The notes under the pieces were generated by a model. The model ran no database searches. It was not told where the DNA came from and was given only the letters and a program-made list of their open reading frames with translations. From Phoronis australis (lineage: Eukaryota; Animalia; Phoronida): a stretch of 64,000 nucleotides of DNA. Positions 39,449-52,517 of the stretch are shown one piece after another. The position numbers and the translations under genes are program-made. The DNA lies in NCBI GenBank assembly GCA_002633005.1, contig NMRA01000351.1:417720-481719 (forward strand). The letters run 5' to 3'. Each line of letters begins with the position of its first letter. Position 1 is the first letter of the stretch.

Positions 39449-40339
39449 GTAAATACATGTACAGCTGTTTCGTGTTTATGTGACAGATATCAGTTGGTGT
39501 GTACAGACCGGCATAGCAAAACGTCGCTAATAGTCAATTGCCTAAATAAAATCATTTGATTAAACTTTAATTTGAATTCATTTCGACGAATCTTGTACAT
39601 CGATGGCAGTCATTGACTTTGCCAAATTTGCATACGTTTAAGCAGAAAACCTTGCGCATGTACATGTACATGCTGCTACGAGCTCACCGACAGATGTCGT
39701 TATTGTTTGCCAGTAGGGTGTGTTTAGATGTTCAAGTTAAAAATCATATTTGTTCATAAAATCATCAAAAACATTTAATTTGCGTTTAGTTTTCTATTCA
39801 GATCCGTTTCCAACCTTAACGTACAGTGGATGATAATGCCTCTCCTGCCATTAAGTTATTTGGGAACTAATGATCTTAAGTTGTTATACTAAGTGTGAAA
39901 TAATTTGTAAATTGCAACTGACTTTCAGAGAAAATAACGGCTAACTTTCCCCCAGCGTTTCAAAGCAAACAATATCAGCCATGACAGGTTCAACATAACT
40001 CTATAATAATTTTGCTAATATCTTTACCATTATTATAAGCGCTTTTTACTAGCGTGTTGTTTTCAAAACAGACCCATAAACTTTGACCACGCTGACCCCC
40101 AGGGTTCACTGCATTCTTCAGCTGGGATATTAGCACCAGTTTGTGCCAGTGTGAAATTGAAAGTCAAATATGATGATTAATCTTTTTACATGAACTTAAG
40201 GCCAACAGTGAATGGCTTTGGTAACTTAAGACTGTCCAAGTGTTACCTGCCAACTTGGTCCAAACATATGAGCGTTGCTTTTAATTATGAAATACTTGTA
40301 GCCCCAATCGTAGCAACCGAGGTGAATTTTCTCTTTCAG

Positions 40340-40414
40340 ACAATGGCATTTTACAGAGACAGGTTCATGCACTCGTTATTCTCACGGTCAACTACTGACA
40401 CAGGGTCATCCATA
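40340..40414 (+). CDS. Gene 2 exon: prodomain part 2
   Basis: ctttcag| and |gtaagt; 75 bp phase 0-0; TMAFYRDRFMHSLFSRSTTDTGSSI. Confidence 0.7.
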
Positions 40415-41050
40415 GTAAGTTTTTAAGCAATTTACATTTATTGAATTGCAACTCAATCTTGACAATATTGTAGTGTAAAAGTTACACTGTGCTATCGCCA
40501 TAACGATATCATTTGTTATAAATGGGCCACTTGCCCCAAACCATGTATCTTTTAAGATATGAAGGCATGTCTTGTTAGTGATTGAAGCACAATTAATTTT
40601 TTTATCACATTCTAGTGTAAAAAGTATCGGTGTTATCGCACCGTTTGTTGCAAGTTGATACTTGTTCAAAATCACGCGTCCTTTATGTTTAGCCAGGCTT
40701 TCTGTTTTTCAACCTTCAAATGCACACACAACACTCACAGTTGGCACTGGTCTGAGGTCGTGCACCTGACACGCCTTCATCCGTAGCTTGTGCTAAAATT
40801 ACGTCACAGTTGGGACAAACCTTTTCAGTTAGACTAAAAAGTATCGTGGAAATCTTGAGCTCTTATTTTCGAAATAAAAAAACGGTTAATTGTCTTCTGC
40901 CCGAGTCACGGAGACTTTTAAAATTGTAATTGAACTAATTCTTAAATCTTTTATGATGTAAATGTTCATATGTAAAGTTGAGCGAAAAGGATTTTGTCAT
41001 CATACTCCAGTGATCAGAAATTCTCAATCGTTCTTTCTCTTTCTTTTCAG

Positions 41051-41156
41051 ACAGGTCACGTGATTATGAACGATCACAGCTATTATCTAAAACCTGGCGG
41101 AGATGATCACTACATTGTTGAAAAACGTGCCCACGGAATCTTTCTCGGAAATGATC
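41051..41156 (+). CDS. Gene 2 exon: prodomain part 3
   Basis: Long pyrimidine tract cag|, c|gtaaat donor; TGHVIMNDHSYYLKPGGDDHYIVEKRAHGIFLGND (G.I..N..YY..P...H.V pattern). Confidence 0.75.
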
Positions 41157-42577
41157 GTAAATAATATTGTTTTTACTGCTTTTACATATTTCTTGGTCTG
41201 CACCTGTGTTACGTTTACGTGGAAAAGCTTTTTAGCTGAGCAATTAATGTAGTTTTAATGCAATGTTGTTTGAAAAGGAGCTCAGAGGTTGGAACGCGAA
41301 AAACATACTAAATTGCACTATTAAAGTCAGGTTCTCTGCCACTTTAACAGAATTCAACGAGTCCTCGAGACATCTTTACGGTTAGCTGAGCTCGTAAAGA
41401 TTTTGGATTTCTGTTGATGTCAAAGCATTTTGCTGATCATCACTTGGAATTCTCTTTGAGAAATATCTTGCTTCACTGGCTTGCCTCATACTGTGGTCCT
41501 TCAAATCGGTCACCTGGTTGTCGAACGACTGTGAGCGCATGCCCGCATTTATCAAAAGTGGGAGGAAGATTAAAAACTCTGTGGTTACTACAGAGTTTTT
41601 CAAAAATTGTGAATTTTTTCACAGGAGAAAGTGTAGTAGGCGTTGCCAGATGGTACTTTCGCCACGAATTGTTTAAAAGATGTTTTTGACGAGCTTTGCG
41701 TTCCATGTCTCCTTAAACGTCGACACTTCTTACTCATTGGGCGTGCGTAATCTACGAGTGAATTTATCCTCAACCGCATTTGTTTCTTGTGTTTTGTGTT
41801 GCGGACCAAAACACAACGTTAGAACTCAAAACTTCAAATTAAAGTTGTTAGTTTCTACATCTGACTTATGTAATCACGTACAGTCTACACTGTTGAATTT
41901 CTTATCCAAGGTCGCATTGGATAACTTGACTGTACAGTCTCAAAATTCAGGATTGCATCTGACTTTCCGCTTAAACCTATTGCGACATCAAATACGAGTA
42001 ATACAGCTTACTTCTTCAAGTAAACCATAAAGGCATTAAAACAAAATTAAAAATACTTGTATGAATACTAGGTTGATACTAAAATAAAGCAGGAAATATC
42101 TATACTGAATTGCACATTTAGTCCGAGTTCAGAGATTGAAACCTAAGCCCAGGTCAGGTCATCCGCCACACCTCAGGTATTTCCATAGTCTTGAGGCCGC
42201 CAAATTACTTGTAGTTTACCTGGCTTCACCATCTGACATCTGAAAATTTTCTGTCACCAACTTAAACGTGCATATATCTGCCTCCTGAACTTTTAATAAA
42301 CCCTGGCTAATTGTCACTAAGTGGCTGGAACCATACATGTACATGCAAATCTGGCCGCACACAATGTGCTGACGACAGTTTTTGTTATTGATTGTTTTCG
42401 TTTCCGACCGACTCCTTTAACTTCCACTCCACTCACCACACGCAAGAGTTCTATTTTACAAAAACGATTGACACCTCAGACGAGTACCCCATCTCACTGC
42501 GTATGAAAATAACTGCATCCAATTCAGGGTGATTGTCGTGCATATATGTACTAAGACCAGCTCATCCTCCTCAATAG

Positions 42578-42768
42578 TTATCCAGACAAACAGAACATTC
42601 CGGGCAAGACGCAGCATTCGCCGTCACATCCCGCCAGATGACATCATTGAGGCCAGGATACGAGTGCTCGTTTTATTGGACTACTCTTTGTACAGCACGT
42701 TTCACAATCTTTATCAAGATAACGCCATACTGGAAATGAAGAAATACTTTGCTCATGTGATCAGTGGT
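42578..42768 (+). CDS. Gene 2 exon: furin site and start of catalytic domain
   Basis: aatag| and |gtaggt; RARR-S furin site; IRVLVLLDYSLY...MKKYFAHVISG. Confidence 0.8.
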
Positions 42769-42838
42769 GTAGGTACTAACTTAATCTGTTTCACCATTAA
42801 AGAATAGACCTACATGTACATGTGTACAGCTGTGTAGC

Positions 42839-43955
42839 CATGCGTGCACCCAGCCTTTAATATGAGGGGGGGGGCTTGAATTTCCGACGATGTGGACATT
42901 TTACCGACAAAAAAGCCGAAGAACTAAACAAATGGGGTACCACGTCCAGGGCTGCTGTGAATCGTGCGTTTACGCCTTTTTAGTGGACTTTTTGTCTCTT
43001 TTTCGGACTGTTTGTTTCTCTGAGGCGGACCTTTTTGTTCACTTCGCCACTCCGCCGAGCCCCCCCCTGGTAGCTGTAGACACGCAATACAAGGTTTCGT
43101 CAATGTATGTTAGCATTACCTTCCTGCACTCCTATGTTGACCATTATGTGTTGGATACAACCACGTGCCTGAGGTACCCACGAGACTGGAAATTGTCAGG
43201 AACTTTCCATGAAAATATGGAACCAATATTACAATAAAACATACAGTTGGCGGATAAAACAAGTTTTTCTCTTTACAAGAACTGGAAGACGTCTGGGTCG
43301 AGTTCAGCTGTCTCGCGGCAAGATCATATCGAGCCAAAATCACGTGTTTTCATTAAAAATATACGGTACTATTTTGCAGAATCTCGCTAGATCTTGGTTT
43401 TCTAGTGTGACACTACTGCGAATGAACTTCGCAAGATATCTCCACGAATTACAAGTGAAGCACGTGATCAAAGTAGCTTGATGCGCGAGATTCTTGCGTC
43501 TGCGGAACCCAGCACGAGAAAAGCTCTTCGTGCTCACCTGACGAACGTGCGCATGTGAACTCTGTGATGTTTGCGCAAGTCTAATAAATGTGCAACATAC
43601 ATTGTCGTGAAAACACGATCAAATTGATGCGAAAGAGAGAGGAATACGCAATTACCAATTGATGTCTGCCATGATTCTGAAAACATATTTCTATAGTAAC
43701 TGTAGACAAATCATACGCGCACCCGGGGGGCCTGAAGGAGCCCCCCACTTGGCAAAGTGGGCAAAATGTCCGCCTCAGAGAAACAAAAAGTCAGTGAAAA
43801 CGAGAAAAAGTCCCCTAAAAAGTGGCAGCACACGATTCACAGCTCTGAACTTGGTACCCCGTTTTTATTTGTTTTAGTCCTCCCGGTTTTTTTTCGTAAA
43901 AGGTCCACATCGTAAGAAATTCGAGCCCCCATATTAAAGGCTGGGTGCGCGCGTG
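42839..43955. mobile_element. Two inverted copies (42839-~43070 and 43712-43955) of a ~240-bp MITE; a third copy is at 63352-63573
   Basis: Shared CATGCG(T/C)GCACCCAG-type ends and internal AAAAGGTCCACA / GGCAAAA.GTCCGCC motifs. Confidence 0.7.
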
Positions 43956-44197
43956 CACATATAAGAAATCTAAAATCTTTCCTAGTTTCGAATCTTTTGT
44001 ATTAACTTTGTTCTTGCAGAAAATACCTTATGTCCAACCGTGGCATCCTCTGGTGTTGCACATGCACATCAGGTGAACTGTGGGATATTTTCATCCATTT
44101 AGTCCACTTGTATACATGTATGTTAAATACTCTGCAGTTTAAGTCCACAATTTGAAAAAAGTGCAATATGTAAAAAAGTAAAACGATCTTTTTCCAG

Positions 44198-44275
44198 GTT
44201 GATACGGTTTACAGGAACATACGTGACCCGTACTTGAAGATCCGGGTTCTCATAGCGGGATTTGTGATTTCTTCC
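44198..44275 (+). CDS. Gene 2 exon: catalytic domain
   Basis: ttccag| and |gtaagt; 78 bp; VDTVYRNIRDPYLKIRVLIAGFVISS. Confidence 0.85.
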
Positions 44276-44597
44276 GTAAGTCAATATTACCATGGTCTAA
44301 TGATATCAGTCAGTGTCATATCAGGTTTTTCCTGAAGCTGTAAGCTACCAGGAATCTAGAGCCTTGCAATATGAGCTTCCCTTCTGGCCACATGTCAGCG
44401 AATTTCCACTCACCCGTCTGCTGTCACATTCGCTCCTCCAACGCGTTACAATACATGTACCCCAGTCGTGACTCACCATGGCTTACGATTTCAATTCGTT
44501 TAATAGACACATGTTGTCGCCAAAGCTGTACCAGGAGAACCCATGCGTCTTCAAGGCAGGCACTCAGACTTGTATAGTGTCCCTAAGTTGTAGCTGA

Positions 44598-46299
44598 AAG
44601 GAGAAACAAAAATTTGCATTCCATTTTTAGTAAAAAATACTGTTCGTTGATTATCCCAGACAGATTTTTTCACGTAATTTAATTAGTCATGCCCTATTCC
44701 GGAGGTGACGTATAGTGGGCTTAACATTTCCCGCCATTTTGTTCTATGTCCGACTTTACTGTGAGGGACTATACTACTGTTGTTTTCGTTTTCGTTTCCA
44801 AAAATTACCGCGACTGTGATGAAGCTAGACCAATTTTTACGCTAGTCGTCAACTTTTTTGAAAACTGCTGTGCGTGAAAATGTGAAAGAGACTGCAAAAT
44901 TCAACAACCTGACTTGAGTGTTCTTACAGATCACATACACAAATACTTGTACGTTATACCGTAAACATTCGGGTTAACGCCCTGGGCGGTTAAATTGGCG
45001 AACCCAAAAAATCGGGGGTGGGCGGTTAACAGACATTGGCGCTTAAACGTGAAATTTTAAGAAATCGCGGGTGGGTGGTTAAACGAACATGGGCACTTGT
45101 TACGACAGACAACCGGGTGGGCGGTTAATCTTACCTCGTGATCCCAATCCCTACACGTAGTTGGAACGCGTAGCACTTTTCAGAGCTTTATCGCCACGTC
45201 GCCAAATGACGGTAAAAATATCATAATACAGCGGATGATCCCAACAAAGGTTCTGTTGCCCTCAGATTAAGCATTTCAGTTAAATTTACAAAATTGCTGA
45301 GTAATAGCCCGTGCCGCCCTGTGGTCTTGTTAGAGCTGTACCTGTAGAGTGCAGACGACTATGCAGCCCTCCTCTTGGAATTGCAACTATCCTCACGCGG
45401 TGACAGTGCAAAGTGCGCGCGCGCAAACTTCTTGTGCTGCATAGGCCACAGCAGTCATGTGTTCTGAGCTAGAGAGTTTTTAATTATTTGAAATAAATTA
45501 GGGGATGGGCGGTTAAGTGAACATGGGCGTTGACCCGAACGTTTACGGTGTACTAATGTTCAAGATAACTTGAGTTAATAACGAAACTTACAAATATTGA
45601 AAAACTAGATTACAAAAAATGTAGTGGAACTTGCTTCGTAACGTGACGTTTTCATGTCTTTTGTTGATTTTCAAAGTACAAGTTTCGCCTGATATCATCA
45701 AAAGGCGATAAACAAAATGCATAACTTGGTGACTGACGATATTTATCTAACAGAGACTTCTCGCTTTAAAAATGCACTACTCGCGGGTGTCCACGTGGCA
45801 CTGCCGGGAGTCAACATTGACGCTGTAGCACTATGGCGCTGTTTTACAGGAACCATCATCACTTCTGCGTACATATCTTTTTCGTATTCCGACGGCAGAA
45901 AACTACGTTCTTCACACGAACGAGCCAAATACGGCGGAGTGTGTCATCTGTCGGAAAGCGATGTACATGTATAAGTAATGGTATACCCAAAGTGCGCGTG
46001 AGTATCTCCCAGTACGCAGCAACCGTGAGTCATGTTGATTGACTGGTAAACACACGCAAACAACGACCAAACTTATCACAAGCGAGGTAAAACAATGACT
46101 GAACCGACAGCTCACACAACCAGACTATATCATAACAAAATGGCGGGAAATCTAAACTCTATAAATGTCACTTCCGGAATAGAGCATGCATGACTAATTA
46201 ATTAAATTACGGGAAGCCCTGATTAACCGAAAAATGTGTTTGGGATAATCAACGAACCATATTTTTTACTAAAATGGCATGAAAATTGTTACTTTCTCC
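44598..46299 (-). mobile_element. TIR element with ~170-bp inverted ends and a THAP-domain remnant
   Basis: 44590-44765 is the inverted match of 46110-46310; - strand 45743-45930 reads ARSCEERSFLPSEYEKDMYAEVM...LTPGSATWT (THAP tail-like). Confidence 0.6.
44959..45548. mobile_element. Nested MITE with CCGTAAA termini (Tc1/mariner-pogo-like, TA site)
   Basis: TA|CCGTAAACATTCGGGTTAACGCCC ... GGGCGTTGACCCGAACGTTTACGG; internal GGGCGGTTAA repeats. Confidence 0.75.
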
Positions 46300-46766
46300 T
46301 TCAGTTAACTTGCTCTAACTGCGTGTACACTGATCGTAGATTCATGCACTAACGTAAGACGCTGCACTTATATACGGAATTAGGCTCATGCGCCTAAATG
46401 CGAAACACCTGAAAGAAATCGTGTTTATATTACTTATCTCAAGAGCAATAGTAGTAATTCTGAGCTGGGCAGTGACAGTAACCGTGTCACTATTCCACTG
46501 TGGTGGCTTTTGGACCAGCCTATTCTGGCTAAAGCCCTGTAAAATTACAACAAAAGTCTCGTATATTTTCATTAGTCACCATTCTTAAATTCAACAACTT
46601 CGGTTATCAACAAATATAAAAAGAATTTACCCGAAGTTAACCATTTGGTACGTCGCACCCACACGTCGAGAACTAATGAACGGAGGCGAAAACATGTAAA
46701 CCACCGAAATTGATTGACAGTTTAAAACAATTCAGGATTTTTGCCATTCTCGGCCATTCATTCCAG

Positions 46767-46945
46767 ATGCCCCAAATGTCGCCCTGGTACGAGAATAACA
46801 TAGTTCGAGACGAAACAGATGTGTATGGCAAACTTATACCTATCGTCAACAGCAGGGCCGCCATTGAGGACTTGTCGTTTGGCATTGTGGAATATAGTCG
46901 GAACTATAGCTTTCCGGAGTTTGATCACGCCATGTCGTTCACTGG
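46767..46945 (+). CDS. Gene 2 exon: catalytic domain
   Basis: ttccag| and gg|gtaagc; ...SPWYENN...VNSRAAIEDL...FPEFDHAMSFTG. Confidence 0.85.
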
Positions 46946-47855
46946 GTAAGCGTACAGTACCGGACAGCGTGTGCATTGTACATGTAATGGGTAAATGAGC
47001 TAATAGACATGTTCTTTTACTAGTTACTGAAGAGAAGATCCAAAAGAGATTCCCTGAAATCAGAAAGTTTCTGGAAGTTTTCAAAACATTGTTTCACATT
47101 TGTACAGCCCATGAATACTCTCTCGAATTTTGTCGTTTTGGAAGCTGTTAATTTTCACTTCGTCAACTAGCGCATAGCTTACATTGGCAGTACGGAAAAT
47201 TTGCAAATATCCGCCAGCCTTTCTTAAAACCTCACACATCAGCGCTTTTTAAGATATCTTGTTATTGTTAACTTTGACACGCTGTTTATGTCTGTGAGTG
47301 ATAGAATAAATCATGTCGTACCGAGGGAGAAAAAAAGATATTTTGGCGCATTTTTGTGTATTTCTAAGCTGTCGCCAATCTAAATTGAAACAATGTTTGT
47401 AGAGGATTTTTTGCTGTATGTAATAACATGATTTAAACGTTTTGACAAATCGTGACCGCTTTCTTAGGTTTTTATGCTTGAAAGCTGACAGCCATGCAAG
47501 CGTATTCGTATTCGCAGCAGGGAGTTTTAGATGTCATTATAACTCCGACCAGTACTTGTTGTGTAAACGCACGATACTCGGAAATTACACATATTATACG
47601 GTTAACCGATTCATTCTGCGATCACATAAAACAGAAAACAGCTCAAGTTTACATGTTGTACCTTCATACTGACGCTGTGTGCTGGGTTAAACAAATAAAC
47701 TCAGCGGACTTACGACGGCTGTAATTTGATCTATTTGTGAAGTGAACTGTGAACAAATCTCGAGAACACATTAGCGCGCTAATTATAGTAAGAACCATTT
47801 TGGGGATGCGCACTGTGCACCACTAAATTGTCAAAGCATCGCAAATTGCCTAGAC

Positions 47856-48691
47856 TATGGCTTGTTATGTGTTGCAAAATTCAATGTTCAAATTATTAGG
47901 TTTGATGTAATTATGTGTATTCGAAACCTTATATTTATATTTGATCTTATAGTTTGTACATTTGATGTCAAAATATTTGTATTCCATAATGAAAATACTT
48001 ATGTGCGATAACTTAGTATATATGTTCGATGTTTCGTTTTATATGTTCTAATGTTGGCTTTAGTCGAGCATCGGCAGGAAAGTGGTGATTTTGCATTTTT
48101 TTGCCCTCATTTTTCTTAGTTCAGCTTGGTTTCCACTGGGAGTGAATGGGTCAAAAATACAAGAGAGAATAAAGTTTCTGTGCTCATCCGTAGGGCTTGT
48201 GATGTGAAATGACTCAAAACACTTCCTTATTTGCATGTAGTTTTTGACAAAGTGAAGAAAGGGTGAAGAGTGCATTGACGTGTGTTCTGACAGGCAAACC
48301 CCTGTGAGAACTGTTCTGTGCCTCCTTAGCCCATTTCATCGATATTTGTGAACACGGGTAAATAACGTCTCAACACAGCTGACCAATCACGGCCGTCGTT
48401 TCAATGTACCCAGAGTTCCATTATCGAATATAACCGGAAGACATCGAACGAAAACGTGACATTATCGAATACATATATGAACATCGAACAGAAATTTTCA
48501 AAACATTGAATACAATAGTAATGAACATTGAATACATATAATGTTATGAAACATAAATGTAGATAACATTGAATATAAGATCAAATATAAATATAAGAAG
48601 ATCAAATATAAATATAAGATATCGAATACATATAATTACATCAAACCTAATTTTTTTGAACATTGAATTTTGCAACACATAACACGCCATA
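47856..48691. mobile_element. MITE with TATGG...CCATA ends, long TIRs and 6-bp TSD (IS3EU-like)
   Basis: TSD CTAGAC at 47850-47855 and 48692-48697; TIRs over 90 bp with AT-rich subterminal repeats. Confidence 0.8.
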
Positions 48692-49150
48692 CTAGACAGC
48701 GGACGCTTACGCTTCATAAAGTCCTTGAGCATTTCAAACGTTTATTTCACCTTAAAAGGATACTAAATCCTGTTTTGGTGATTTCAACCAATCCTCGTTC
48801 TGTCACCTGCTAATGTATCATTGGCGTCCCACTTGTGAGTGATTAAAAGGAGGATTGAACTAAAAACTTATACATGTACTCCCTGTCAGATTGGATATGG
48901 TTCTTGATGAGTGACTTTTCCCCACAGTTGCCGTGTGACTCAGCTAAAGCGTACACATGTAAGTCACGCTTGTCCATTTAGCAGACTTTGAGAAGAGTTT
49001 TAAAATTGTGCTCCAATCTTTTGGGCGTTGTCGAGGATTACAGAGTATTATTTGATTTCCGAGAACTGGATAGGAAAATCGTTTTTAATATCTGTTAATA
49101 GGTCAAAACCGGGCTTGATGCCTTTAAATGGTAATATTTTCACGTTCCAG

Positions 49151-49191
49151 ATATGACCTTGCATCTATGGATGGAAATAAGGCGACTCTAG
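49151..49191 (+). CDS. Gene 2 micro-exon (41 bp)
   Basis: ttccag| and g|gtaggt; phase 2-1 bridges FTG to GLAY as G-YDLASMDGNKATL-G, the usual reprolysin spacing. Confidence 0.8.
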
Positions 49192-49618
49192 GTAGGTTAA
49201 TTAAGCACCTTGTAGAAACTAACACCTATCAAAGAGGCGGCGGCGGCAGTTGGTATTATACACTTCTGAATGAATTTTGCATGTACATGTGCATGTAAAG
49301 TGTAGATAAATTTCTCTGGACCGGGGTTCTGTCTCATTATATGGTTTTATTCAGAATACACCACGTTCCCGATGGTCTTTTGCATCGTAGGACTCGCTGT
49401 CTTGATCTTCATTGAAATTAAAAGCAACAGAAGATCAGCGAAGTCGAGATCACCGTAACTTCAGAAGACCTAAAACTAACTTAAATTTGTGTAGAAACCA
49501 AAACGACAGACATTACGTTGGTATAAAGAATAATTTCATGTGACGAAAATTGTGTTTGATACCGTTTTTGTTTTTATAATGAAACCTCCCGGTGATCATA
49601 TTGCTGATTTTACCGCAG

Positions 49619-49739
49619 GTCTGGCCTACTCGAATAGTATGTGTGCGTTTACAGTCGCTTGGAGTAATTCCATCTCACTTGTGGAAGAGACCAGAAGCTT
49701 TGAATCAATCCTCACAGCAGCTCATGAGCTGGCACACAG
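49619..49739 (+). CDS. Gene 2 exon: first half of zinc-binding motif (HELAH)
   Basis: cgcag| and ag|gtaagc; GLAYSNSMC...SISLVEE...TAAHELAHS. Confidence 0.92.
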
Positions 49740-50039
49740 GTAAGCACTCGCCTTTTATCGTTACATTTGTACATGTACTTGGGTCTCAAAGAGAGAGCCA
49801 GGGCAACTACATGTACATGTATAAGGAAATTACCGGAGCAATACTTAAAAACTTAACAGTAGCATCAACGGGGTGCAGAGATATCAGAACTGATCTCTTA
49901 ACTAAAAACAATCTGGCCACACGATTCATCAAGATGTTAGGAGTATAGACAGGCTTAGGACAAATGCAACAAAAATAACGGAAAGATCAGTATCGCGGCG
50001 GGAGGCGTACAGATGTAGGTCAAATCCACATGAAACGTT

Positions 50040-51660
50040 AACAAGACCCATGGTGTTGTCTACATGATAGTAACGTATCTGCCAAATTTCTTTAATGTCC
50101 ATCAAGGCACACGCAAAGAAAAACAAAATTGACACTATAGGACTCAGCTGCAGCCGGATTTGTTAGGAAATCTATTTGAAACACATATTTCATGAAGATT
50201 CATCAAGGAATTCGTATAGAACCACTGGCAAAACAATAAAATTACCACAGGAGAGCACCACAATGGTCTGAGCTGTTCAAAATTATCGTCAGTCATGCAC
50301 ATCCCACTTGAAACCAGAGGCATGCCAGATGAGGATTCTTAGAGTGATTTGGCCAACAGGGAGGCAGACGCCAAAAAGCAGACTCAAAAAATGAAAGTTG
50401 GTCACAAGGGAGGTTGCATACAGTGATACGTCGAATCCAAACGAAAATGGAAATGTGTTTTTGTCTCTTTAATAGAAATCTATTAGCCACGTTTCATGAA
50501 ATTTAGTCAAGGAACTCTGGCCAAAAATACAGAGAAAGGGCTAAACAGAACTGCCACTAGCGGTCACAACGATAATCGGATTAGTCCGAAAGTCGCCGTC
50601 ATCCGTTTTCACGATCCTGTATACGTTCCAGTCAAATTAACAAAGATTCTGCAAGAAGTTTGAGAGCTACAGCCACGCACCAGAAAAAAAACAACTGCCA
50701 CAGGGGGCGCCACATTAGTCGGAGCTGTCCGAAAATCATCGTCATTTATGCTCTTCGCAGTAGGAACACATAAGCCAATCTTTATATCATCCTTAGTGTG
50801 GTTTGTTTGATAGATAGACGGACGCCAAACACAGCCTCGAAAATAATAGAAGTGAACACTAGATGGAATACAATACGTTGGACCTACCCAAACATGACAA
50901 AGTGTCGCTGCCTCTTTAAAAGAATCCTATTTGCTAAATTTGATGAACATCCGTCAATGAACTCCCAAGATACAGAGGAAAACGTAAACAAAAATACCCA
51001 CTAGGGGCACAGCAGTAGTCGTATCCGTCCAGTTGTCGCCATCCGTTGTCACTTCATGGAAATCACTTGCCCTTGGGCGGCGCACCATAGGGGGCTGGGG
51101 GGGGGGCTATAGCCCCCACTTTTTCAGTGTTACGCTGCACATGGTCTTTAGGCGGTGCACCACAGGGGGGCAGATGGGGCTTTAGCCCCCCATTTTTTTT
51201 CAGTGCTGCGCCGTCCATGTTGCCAAATTTAACAAAAAATTCGTGTAAGTGGTGCATGAGATACATCCGAGAAGGAAGAATTGCCAGTAGGAGGCGCTGA
51301 GAATTGTTGTCAGCCGTCCTCCTCTGAGTAGGAAGCATTTACTACTAAATTTCCACAATCACCTTAATTTACTTTGGCCCAGAAAGGCAGGCAGTAAAAC
51401 GGCTACTAGAGGTGCAGAATATGCCAAGTTACTTGAAAAACAGTCAAAGAACTTTGAAATACGTAGAAAACTAAAATGGCCCCTTGGGAACACACCCCGG
51501 TAGTTGGATTTAGCTCATGCTGTCACATCCATGCACAATTTCACAAACATCCATCAAGGGGTTTTGGAGATAGAGCAGCGGACGGAGGGATGGACGAACA
51601 GACAAACAAACGAACGAACGGAGAGGGATGACAACATCATAACCCACATGTTGGTGCATA
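50040..51660 (+). mobile_element. Helentron/HINE-like non-autonomous repeat with diverged internal tandem units; nested GC-rich MITE at ~51070-51210
   Basis: AACAAGAC start; repeated CCAC.AG.GG..CAC...AAAT(C/T)..CGTC units; end region AATTTC...CATCCATCAAGGGGTTTTGGAGATA followed by a GGAC/AAAC microsatellite. Confidence 0.5.
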
Positions 51661-52358
51661 AATTGGCTATTTTCTACTGGAAATCGATCTGCGACAGAGA
51701 GCCTATGAAATTGATAAACGTCCGGGCATCTCTTATGAGATTTATGGCAATTGAAAGCAGGCTGATTGGAGTTGTTATGCAAAACATTGACAGTAGTCTA
51801 GACACAGGATAATTAAAGTATTGACCATAACATCCTGACTTTGCTGCTTACAAAAGCGTTGCTTATCCATTTGCTCCATCTTGAGACCAGGTGTGCTTTC
51901 CATAAGTCCAGGTATTAACGAGGCACAAGCAGCAAGACCCATACATGTTAATTCGTCTTGTGCACAGTGTAACCGTGAAATCACTTTCAGTGGCGACTAT
52001 TTTGATATTGTGCACTAGCAAGGCCGCAAGCATAATTGCGAATTATTTAAAAAATTTGGGTGTGACTTCATTGATCTTACGTGACCTTACCAAACCGACT
52101 CACAACGTATTAGACTGGAAGCATTCCAGGTTCAGTAAAACACACTGATCTTACACCTGCACCATGGTAGTAATAATAAGCATTTCGATGCTATCTACAG
52201 TACGTGTGTGTATTTCTGATTTCCTCTCATCGGTATGTCTGCACTAGTCTTATATTTCGTTTTCGGCGAAAATAAATGTCCTTAACACTGCATTGTCGCC
52301 GCAAGGCTGAATTGTACATAGATACCCACGCTATATTCAACCTTTTGTTTTTTAACAG

Positions 52359-52517
52359 CTTGGGTGTGGACCATGACGGTTACCATCCTGATATCTCGTG
52401 TCCGGAGCGTCACAACTTTCTGATGGCAGCCAGCACGGAACTGAGCGAATCAGGTTCCCATCTGAACATGTATCACTTTTCCTGCTGTTCCAAGCAGCAA
52501 CTGAGAGAAGTTTTCAG
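52359..52517 (+). CDS. Gene 2 exon: second half of zinc motif and Met-turn
   Basis: taacag| and ag|gtaaat; LGVDHDG...CPERHNFLMA...FSCCSKQQL; the joined motif is HELAHSLGVDHD (HExxHxxGxxHD). Confidence 0.92.

Noticed and set aside
41382-41603. Neuropeptide-precursor-like ORF (hydrophobic start, KR site)
   Set aside because: TTG start, antisense within an intron, no repeated peptides or amidation signal.
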